64,000 bases of DNA from Amoebidium appalachense. Lineage: Eukaryota > Protista > Ichthyosporea. Below the pieces are notes generated by a model. The model saw nothing but the letters and a program-made list of their open reading frames with translations. It searched no databases and was not told where the DNA came from. The stretch lies in NCBI GenBank assembly GCA_963693365.1, contig CAVNZM010000012.1:2790001-2854000 (forward strand), in the 5' to 3' direction. Positions 53,150-64,000 of this stretch are shown in pieces; the first letter of the stretch is position 1, and each line of letters begins with the position of its first letter. The position numbers and the translations under genes are program-made.

Positions 53150-54516
53150 GGGGAACCCCAACTAATTGATTTCTCCTTGTAGTCTTTATGGTGTCTCGTA
53201 GAGAAAGTAAACCCTGATATATAGTCACCACCCGACATCTATGTACGTGATCATGATATACCGCTGAGGGGATATTCCGAGCAAACCCCCCCCCCCCATA
53301 CCTGAGACTGGTTCTCTTTGCCTCGAGTAAACAGCGTAAACCCCCGTGTGTACTTGTTCCAGCAGAAGTCCATGCCAGCTTTCCAAACGACCATTTTGCT
53401 TCCCTTCTTCTACCAACTCGCCTCCTAGATGCTGGTTGGTTGGAATGCAGGAAACAGGTTACAGACATATAACTCACACACGGGGATTCGCACTACACTC
53501 ACGTGCACGCACTCCGTGGGGTCACCCAATACAAGCAGGAAAACAGAGGCCACCCAATAAAAACAAGATAATGATAACGTGCTAACGGCCTGCACGCCAT
53601 GCGCAGGCAAATGGTCATACACACGTGTCAAACAACTGCATGTACTTTAACACCTGCACAAATACTATGAGCTTGAAAGCACTTCATGGCAAGCACATGG
53701 GTGCAAAACATAGAATGCTGTAAGCACACACACACACGCACACGCTCCGTACGCATGCGCCAAGGTGAACTAGCCCATACTACGGTAAGCTCGACGAGTG
53801 CCGCATATGCAGTGCAACAGCCGGCGGGCAACGGTAGTAAACGAAGATTTGCAGTACGAGCAAGGTGTACACGAGCAAGTGTCTGTCTTATATTTAGCCA
53901 CCTGGCACTAGAAAAGAAATGGTATGTGTGCTCATATTGCAAAGCCTTCCAGGACGGCCGCCTAATACTATTAGCGCAAATATGCACATAATTATAAACA
54001 CGTACACAACCACCAGACCAGATGTCGATCTCCGTGCACGTTACATTATGAGGGCAACGAAGTGAAACAAAACTTTGGCTCAACATCCAGTGCACGAGTT
54101 TCGATTTGCTGCCGGCACTACTAAATTCAACAGCCAGTTCACTATGACGACTGAAGTAAACCCCAAAACAAGATTTTCGGCAGGCTGCAAAGTCTTTGGG
54201 ACGGGCTCCACAGTATGGGCTCCACGACAACTTGTGACAAACCTTTTCCAAGTCAGTCCTACTAGTCACGGTTAGTGTCACTGAGATGGCAAAAGATTGG
54301 CCCATTCCTAAAATAGGATTTTTTTAGAATTAAGGCAGTTATTTTTAGCCACAAATAACGTCATTCATGACGCGTGGCTCAGGCTGCAGCGCGCTCCGGC
54401 TCCACACACACGAGTCGAGAAAAAGCAAAACTCGTGTCACAAAGAAAGGCACTTTCTTGCAAGCTACTTCGTCTTGTTACTCCACCCCCCTTTTTTTGTG
54501 TGTGACAAGAGCAAAA

Positions 54517-56517
54517 ATGTCGGGCCTTGCGAAGACACTAGAGACGTTGGGCAAGCTCGGTGTTGCCATCACCGCCGGTGGCGTGGTTGTTCAGACAGCC
54601 TTGTATAACGGTGCGTGCTTGACTTTAACACACGATAGACTACTTTTTTGGACGAAGCCTCTATCCCCCCCTCCGTCCATCCTCCCCCCTGATCCTCTGC
54701 ATTCCCTCACCCATTTACTCTTACTATCCATCTCCCTACTAGACGGCACTTGCACCGAAACGTGCAACTTATTACGCGGCAGAGCACTTACCCATGACAC
54801 CGAACTGGAGGCTTGGTCTTCGGGATCTTCGAGCTTTGCAGACTGGCGTGACACACACACGCACACGCATATGACACACACACGCACACGCACACGCACA
54901 CGCACACGAACGTTTAAACACACCGCTGATACCTACCCGCACTTAATTCAGAACACAAGCACGTTGTTGAACAAGAATGACATCTTTGCACCTCCTCTGC
55001 CCCTTATTACCTATAATCGTCTTCCCCCCCCCCCCCCCCTCCCTCTTTCCACTACCCCTATTTAGTATACAAAAAGGCAAACTGCTGATCAAAACATCTG
55101 TTTTGCAGTTGAGGGTGGGCACCGGGCAGTCATCTACGACCGATTCCGGGGAGTAAAAGACGCTGTGGTTGGGGAGGGCACACACTTCATCATTCCTTGG
55201 GTGCAGCGACCTGTTATCTTCGACTGCCGCACTAAGCCACGTGTCATCAGCACCTTCACAGGCACAAAGGGTGCGTGGGTGGTTGTACTGGGTGTGTGTG
55301 TGTGGGGGGGGGGGGGGGGGTAGGCGGACCGATGCGTGCAGGGGAGGGCAGTGGGCAAAACGGGGGGGGGGGGGGGGGGGGGGGGGCTTGGTAGATGTGA
55401 TGGCATCACTGGTTGAGAGGGAGGGGAGCGGGGGGTGGGAGGGGGGAAGGGAGAAAGGAGGAGGGGGAGGAAGGAGGGGGGGGGGGGGGGAGGGGGAGAA
55501 TATCGGGGTGGGCTTGAGTGCACCTCTAGGTCTTTGGACGTGTTTTTTGGCGCGAAGCTGTCATGTCCCCTGGGCGGGGGGTCGGGGGAGGGGGGGAAGG
55601 CGGGGGGGGGGGGGGGGGTTTGAAGGATGAGGAGAGAGAAGAGGAGAAAAAATACAAGAAAAGGTGGTGTTCCACCAACTACAGGTGATGCACAATTGAG
55701 TGGGGAAAGAAGTGGTGGATGTTTTCCCTGCATGCCCCATACTTAGGGAAAGACAATCCCGTCCGTTCCTCCCCGTCTTCCCTCTTGAACACACATACAC
55801 TCACACACACACACAAACACACATACACGTCTGTACCCCTCCTTTCCTTTCGCACCACATACGTTCCAGCCCCGTTCCTTCCCCCACCTCCCCGCCCCCT
55901 TTCTCCTCAACCCTCCCTCCACCCTTCCCTTCTCCCCCTCCCCCTCCTCTTACCCGTTACCTTCCTCCCGGCCCCTTCCCCCTTCCCTCCCTCCCCCCCC
56001 CCCCCCCCCCCCTCCCCCCTCCCCCCGGCCCACTCTCCCTCCCTCCCCCGCTCGCCCATTATATTATCACTCTCTTACTTATTATTTTCGTTTGCTAATT
56101 ATTTTCATTTGTTCAGACCTTCAGAACGTCAACATCACGCTGCGTATTCTGTACCGGCCAAGGGCGGATGCTCTGCCCCGCATCTACAAGGAGATCGGTC
56201 AGGACTACGATGAGAGGGTCCTGCCCTCCATTGGCAACGAAGTCCTTAAGTCCGTCGTTGTACGTTTCTCCCCCCTCCCCCCCTCCCTCCCTCCACCCCC
56301 CCCCCCCCCCCCCCCCCCCTCCTTACTTCCTTCCGTTTGGGGCGCAGGCGCTTTATACCCTTCAACCCCCTCCCCTCCCCGTCCGTCCCCCCCCCCCCTT
56401 CCCCCAAGACAACAACACGTAACACATGCATGAAGCCCTGCCTCTCCCCCCCCTCCCCCGGCCCCACCTCCCCCCTGCTTCCCCTGAACGAATCCCAAAA
56501 CACACACGGCGAGCGCG

Positions 56518-56556
<39 letters not shown>

Positions 56557-57691
56557 AAAGCTATACATTTTCATACACGCCCTTCACCTCATATCACACT
56601 ATCCTATCCTGCATCGATCTAATTTTCTTGATTATTTGTCCATCCTGCTTAAGGACAAAGGGTTCATTTTGAAATTTCACTATGTAATTGATCAAATTTC
56701 ATATGTAGGATTATCGACCCCCACTGAGTATCGGGAGTTAGGGAGTATGGGGGATTACGATCTGCCGTTATGCACATGCATGGTTCATCCCCGCACTCAA
56801 TTTGATTGGTGTGGACATAACGGACCAATAGTCTTATATACCATATATGGTATATAAGGAAATTTATTTTTGGACATTTATTCGTTAATTCGACACTCGC
56901 AAACACAATCATTCCTTCCCACTACATAGTTGTAGTAGCTTTGATCCCTCCCCCCCCCCCCCTCCCTTCCCCCTCCCCATCCCCCCACCCGTCCTGTGTG
57001 GTTTGCATTCTGCTCAGTGTTGTCCGTTATGAATGTGTACTTGTGCACTTAAACACATTCAGAACCCCCCCCCCCCCCCCCCCCCCCCCAAAACACACAC
57101 ACCCGTTTTTGCACAAAACTGATATTCTTTCTTTCTTTCTTTCTTTTTTCCTCTGTTTTTTGACTACAGGCGCAATTTGATGCCGGTGAGCTGATCACGC
57201 AGCGTGAGTTGGTGTCCCAGAGGGTCAGGACGGCACTGATCAAGCGCAGTGCTGAGTTCGACATGTGTGCTCGACGACATCTCATTGGTGTGTGTGGGTG
57301 TGGGTGGGTGGGTGGGTGGGTGGGTGGGTGGGTGGGTGGGTGTCAGTGTGTTTGTGTGTGTGTGTATGGGTGGGTGGGTGGGTGGGTGGTGTGTGTGTGG
57401 GTGTGTGTGGGTGTGTGTGTGTGTGTGGTGTGTGTGGTGTGTGTGTGTGTGGGTGTGTGGGTGTGGGTGTGTGGGTGTGTGTGGGTGTGTGCACACTGTG
57501 CTTGTGTGAGCGCATGCATGCGCAAGTGCGTGTTCCAGTGAGTGCATGGGTATGGGTGTGGGGCTTTCCCTTTCCATGGATATGTGTCCTGGCTGTGTGG
57601 TACATTTCCCCATGCACGTGGGCCAACACCAATGATACGCTTTGTTTTTTTTGGAGTTACGCACACGCGCGCACACACGTGACACACACAC

Positions 57692-57738
<47 letters not shown>

Positions 57739-58271
57739 ACACACAGACACACACATGTAACCACCAGCACTTGAATACCCATCCCCTTGCACTCATATGT
57801 GTGTGTTGGGTATTCGAGTGCTGGTGGTTACATGTGTGTGTGTGTGTGTGTGTGTGGGAGGGGGGGAGGGGGGAGGAGGAGCGCCCGGGGGGGGGGGGAG
57901 GGGGGGGGGGGAGGGGGGGTATTGATCAATGACTGAATGGTGGATGGTGTTGAACGGAAAAAGCAAAGCACCGTTTGAATGCTGAAAATTGGTGGGGCAA
58001 AACCTAAAGCCCTTTTTGTTGAGGGGGGAAGGGGGAGAGGAGGGTGTGTGTGTGTGGTGGGGTGGTGGCGGCGGTGGGTGCGGTGGTGGTGTGGTGTGTG
58101 TGTGTGTTGGGGGAGGGGGGAGGGAGGGGGGGGGAGGGAGCGGCGGGAATAGGGAGGGGGGTGTGGCAGTAGAGTGAAATAGCGGCTGCTAACTGCATGG
58201 TGGGCTGCAGACACATCTTGCATCTCGGCAAGGAGTTCACACAGGCTGTAGAAATGAAACAAGTCGGTAAG

Positions 58272-58305
<34 letters not shown>

Positions 58306-58663
58306 TCGGCGGGTGTTTTGCCCTCTGCCTGCCCAGGCAAGTTGGGTATTGCGCGGACATGCTCTTTCCCTCTTCTCCCATGGGCCTGGGTGATGTCACA
58401 CTGCGTTCTGGTACCCCCCCCCCCCCCCCCCCGGGCCCAGTTTATTTCGGTGTGTCTCTTTACTGGGGTCAACATTATGGCTTGGGTGTTTGGTTGGTTT
58501 AAAGCTAATCCTTAGTCATGGTCTGTGCTCTCATAAGGAACATGCACTAAGTATGGCTGTGGTGTGCAGAGCAACAGAAGGCCGAGAGGTCCCGGTTTGT
58601 GGTCGAAAAGGCAGAGCAGGAGCAGCTGGCTGAGGTCATCAGGGCAGAGGGTGACTCAGAGGT

Positions 58664-58742
<79 letters not shown>

Positions 58743-58986
58743 TGTGTGTGTGTGCGTGTGCGTGTGTGTGTGTGTGGAAGGGATGTGGGTGTGTGCTTGT
58801 GTGGGTGTTGGTGGATTGCAGGTGCGGGTGGGTGGGTGGGGTGAAGGAGCTGGTGTGTGTGTGAGAGAGTGGATGGTTGGGCAAGTGATTAGTGCCTGTG
58901 TGTGTGTGTGTGTGCGGGTGTGGTGGTGATGGTTGTGGGTGGGTTGATTTTTTTTTTTTTTTTTTTGTGTGTGTTTGTGTTTGTGT

Positions 58987-59043
<57 letters not shown>

Positions 59044-59709
59044 GCGGGAGGGATTTGGTGTGTGTTGGTGTGTGTGTGTGGAGGGGGCGAAATATGCGGT
59101 GATGATCGTTTGGGTGGGTGTGTGGGTTGAGGTTTCTGTGTGGGTGGGAGTGTGAGAGGGGATATGAGGTAGTGAAGGGTTTGGCTGGATGGGTGGGTGG
59201 GGCAATGGTATTAAAGGATTGGGGTGGTGGGTGATGTGGTTGGGTAATGCCATGGTCGTTGTGTTTGCGATGGGTATGTCGTGTTTAGGTTGGGAGCAAG
59301 AAGACGAGCTTTTTTCTGGGGAGGAAAGCAGGGGGTGTGTCAATTGGTGCGCGGTGTGGTGGTGGTGATTCTTGCTTTTCTGCGAGAGAGAGACGGTGAG
59401 GGGAAGGGGGGGGGGGGGGGGGGGGGGGGGGGCATACCGATTATGAGGTCTCTGTCCCCATTCATATAAATCTTGTTTTTGACCTGCAAAATCGATACCC
59501 GTCCACCCTTTTTTGTGTTTGTGGTTGTGTGTGTGTGTGCACGTGTACGTGTGTGTGTGTGTGTAAGTGTGTGTGTGCCCGTACGCGTATGCCTGTGTGC
59601 ACCACACGTTTTTTTTTTTTTTTTTTTTGTGTGTTCTTCTTTTGTTAGGTGGGGGGGGGGGGGGGGGGGGGGGGGGGGGAGGGGCTTTTCTAGTGTGGGT
59701 GGGATGGTG

Positions 59710-59743
<34 letters not shown>

Positions 59744-59765
59744 CCCCTCCCCACACACACCAAAA

Positions 59766-59796
<31 letters not shown>

Positions 59797-60112
59797 CACA
59801 CACGCTAACGCACGGATTTCACCATACACACACACACACACACACAGTGTCACGCACCATCACCACCACCACCTGCACATCACTTGTACTTCTGCACCTC
59901 CCCACCCATCACCCACACACGCCACTAACCGAACACACCACACACACAGGCTGCCCGGCTCATCAGCAAGTCCCTGTCTGAAAATGGTCCTGGTCTCGTT
60001 GAGCTGCGCAAGATCGATGCTGCTGTGGACATTGCCCAGACCCTGTCTCGTGCCCGTGGTGTCACCCTATCTGCCAGGCGGCAGCAACATGCTTCTGAAT
60101 CTTGGTGCCTAA
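54517..60112 (+). CDS. PHB1: Prohibitin-1 (SPFH family, ~274 aa) with three apparent single-base insertions
   Basis: Exons: 54517-54610, 55109-55270, 56117-56259, 57170-57287, 58211-58266, 58570-58661, 59950-60112. Motifs: [119 protein letters not shown]. Removing one base each at ~57265, ~58224 and ~60066 is needed to keep the homologous frame. Confidence 0.92.
56990..57066 (-). repeat. Intronic G-tract-associated repeat family, partial copy in reverse orientation (PHB1 intron 3)
   Basis: Reverse complement TTCTGAATGTGTTTAAGTGCACAAGTACACATTCATAACGGACAACACTGAGCAGAATGCAAACCACACA matches the copies at 21346 and 5914. Confidence 0.75.
57751..57837. repeat. Inverted repeat, 31-bp arms, 25-nt loop (PHB1 intron 4)
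   Basis: ACACATGTAACCACCAGCACTTGAATACCCA ... TGGGTATTCGAGTGCTGGTGGTTACATGTGT, with one T/G pair. Confidence 0.9.
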
Positions 60113-60652
60113 ATTGAGAATTTGAAGTAATCTGCGAGTTGTGTACGGAGGGGTGGTGATGGAATGGTGGGTGCAAGCTTGAGGGATGGAAGGACATAAA
60201 ATGGTTTAAAGAAGGGCGGTAGCGAGTGCTCCCCCTCACTTGCCAGACTATGGTTTTTTTGTAACATGTTGACATTGTTCTAAGCTCTGACAACCGATGC
60301 GACTATTGGCTATACATATCAATTGGGCTCTAGCACAAAGCACACGACTACGTAACTGTGTGTTGCGAGCGTATGCGTGAGCAGAGCAAGAGGCCTGAAC
60401 TTGCAAGGTAACCATGCAGTAACAGCATGGCATTAAACAAACTGTACAAGTACCATGTTCCTTTTTCAAGTTCACCGAGCAAGGCCCGTGGTGCACCCGG
60501 CATGCATATACATTATCAGATTGATCTGACCGTTTTTGAGCACACCTGAAAACCGGAACAGAACGATCGTGCTATACGTATACAGAGAGAAAGGCGCTTT
60601 ACACGTTGCACAGAGGAAGTCTTCTTTACAAACAAAAATATCATATTGGGAG

Positions 60653-60714
60653 TGTCACAATAGTTGCGCAACTCAGTTGTGCATGCTCGTCTGAGTTGCG
60701 CAACTATTGTGACA
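60653..60714. repeat. Perfect inverted repeat, 24-bp arms, 14-nt loop
   Basis: TGTCACAATAGTTGCGCAACTCAG - TTGTGCATGCTCGT - CTGAGTTGCGCAACTATTGTGACA. Confidence 0.92.
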
Positions 60715-61012
60715 AAGTCCCACCCTTGGCGCCCATTTCAATGGGCAACAAAAAATAACCTCGTGCATTGGCAAGAATGACTCGTTCCGTTCTTGCCAAT
60801 GCACATGTGCTAAATTTCCAATTGCAGTCAAGATGGAGCAGCCCGAAGGGCAAAATCGGAACATGCACACCATTCATGGACAGACACACCAAAAGCTCCA
60901 AAGCAGTTTGGCCCTCAGAAGCCCACACGTGACAGGAATACAGCACGACTTATTAGATCGTGCAGTGGAGTAACGTATTCTTTCTCGACAGTGTGGATGC
61001 ATACCGTCGACG

Positions 61013-61345
61013 TTCACTCACGAAACCCCTCGTGGTTGCAGAACAGGTAAAACAGAAGGGGTGCAGCAACCATCAAAACAGACAGAAAGCAGACATGTAA
61101 CCACAACAGCAAGCACCACAACGATGGGGAAGGCAGAGAACAAGATTTCGAAGTGATGCCTCGGCCGTTCGAACGAGGCCATTCACTCACGAACCCACCG
61201 TGGTTGCAGAACAACAGGAAACTTACAAGGGGCGCAGGCAACACCAAAACATAGACACAGCAGACATCGAAGGCTTAAAAAACAGCGAGCCCCACAATGC
61301 TGGAGGGAAGAGGGAACAAGATGTCGACGTGCTGCCTCGACCGTG
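61013..61345. repeat. Diverged direct repeat, two ~160-170 bp units
   Basis: TTCACTCACGAA..CGTGGTTGCAGAACA..GCAGACAT..GAACAAGAT.TCGA.GTG.TGCCTCG.CCG at ~61013 and ~61182. Confidence 0.8.
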
Positions 61346-62896
61346 CCTTAGGGCACAGCCCTTACGGTCGTTTATTTTGTTTGCATCCATCAGACGTCAC
61401 GGGTTCCAGCCCAGCAGGTGGCAGTCTGCTTGAGGTGGGCTAGGGGACGAATGATTTACTTGGAGCGCTGTCTCATCTTTCTTCTCTTGCGCTTGAGGCG
61501 CCGAACTGTGGGAAACAGTCGATCAATATGAGTCACAACTTAAGTAGACCCGTGTTTGCCACATGCAAAGGCATGTTCCTTGTGTGCACAGCCAAGACAT
61601 CCAACACTGCTAACTTGCAATTCCTACCTCCCGAAAGCTTGTTCCTGGTGTACACCAAACAAACCCGAAATGGCTTGCTCCGAGCAATCTCCCCACCTCA
61701 CCAATAACAACCACTCACAAAAGCTTAAATCAGGAGTAACAAAACAGAACATAAACAAGAAGGGAGACTCACCGCGCTTCTTCTTCCACTTGGCTCTCAT
61801 CTGCAGCAGAGTAGTGTGTGGAAAGTTGGAGGGAGTGGGAGAGTGGGGATGTGAGGGAGGGGGTTGGGGTGGAAAAGGGGGAATAAGAGAAGAAGGAATT
61901 GGGTTGGAAAGGAGGGGGTAAAGTATGAACGGTCAGTAAGGATCCTCGGAGTGCACCCCCAACACAATGCGTAAGAGCAGGAGCCTCAGCAAAGGTGAGT
62001 ATCAGCGAAGGGCACAAGTGCCCTCTGAGTGGTGCATGATGTCTGCATCATAGAAGCAACCGAATACAGCGAGGAGTAACCACGAAACATGGCGTTCAGG
62101 TAAACTGACAAACAATGGTAGTTAGCGCAAAGCCCCCGACTTTCAGTCTACCAGAGTTGAAGAGCTCCCATCACCAAGGTCCCAGACAGCAGACGATTCC
62201 CTCACTTCCGAAATGAGAATACATATTCGGTATCTTCCCCCTGAGCTAGAAAACGGGCTCCATCAACTGAGACATCACGTAGAAGGCAGATGCTCGCGGA
62301 TTACAGCTGGATTCACACCGGATCCTTTCAACATTTCCACTAAAACTTTAACAAGGTTTGTGTTTTCTACTTGTGATTTGGTGCTCCGGCGGACACTCAC
62401 TTTTGCGATGCAAATGGAAAGAGACGAAAGGCTGGTCTGTGTGCGCTTTTTATACTTGCGCTCATGAGCCTGCGACAGGTGACTGCATGCTACACGGCCA
62501 ATCAGACATCGGGTTACATTTTGTGGTCAATCCTTCATCCAATCACATTAATATGTTATATCTAGGCGCGCACGGCAACCAGCTTGAGGTTGTTGAGGGA
62601 AACTGTGGGAAAACTGAGAAGTGGAGAACATTCAAAAAGGCGTGCACGCTTTGTGCTGAGTTTGGCTGGCGTAACAACAAACATGAGACAAGGGCTGCAG
62701 AGTATGGAAAATACTGCAAAGATATCACTATCAACAAACTGAGTTCCATAATTGTAGCTAGATCAGTCCCTTTTTCACATAATGCAAAGAAAGTTGTACT
62801 CGACTCGAGCAGCCTACTTCTGTCCCTCCATACGCCATCATTTTTGTGCATCCTGCACGCTTCTTTTTCTGAATCACTTACTTCACACATACAGGT

Positions 62897-64000
<1,104 letters not shown>

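Noticed and set aside
53628-54305. 225-aa minus-strand ORF upstream of PHB1
   Set aside because: No recognisable motifs, includes repeat-derived residues, and lies in a likely promoter region.

Overview
This is eukaryotic, intron-rich DNA. The introns are full of (CA/TG)n, poly-G/poly-C and poly-A/T tracts, so almost every ORF in the supplied track is low-complexity noise. Reading exons and splice sites by hand gives five spliced genes. (1) PDK1/PDPK1 kinase, minus strand, running off the window start, with a probable U12 minor-spliceosome intron. (2) RBM19/MRD1, minus strand, 23 exons, five RRMs, with its ATG apparently split by an intron. (3) A RING/B-box/coiled-coil (TRIM-like) protein with a C-terminal C2H2 finger, plus strand. 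(4) A membrane-anchored, plant-GAE-like UDP-glucuronate 4-epimerase, minus strand, 11 exons. (5) Prohibitin PHB1, plus strand, 7 exons, with three apparent +1 insertions. Non-coding structure includes a ~110-135 bp G-tract-associated intronic repeat family whose 13 visible copies share one orientation relative to host transcription, tandem arrays built from splice-junction sequence, a TA-flanked MITE, two near-perfect hairpins and a probable LINE 3' remnant. The taxon cannot be determined from the window; a unicellular opisthokont/holozoan is a guess. All coordinates were counted by hand and no searches were run.
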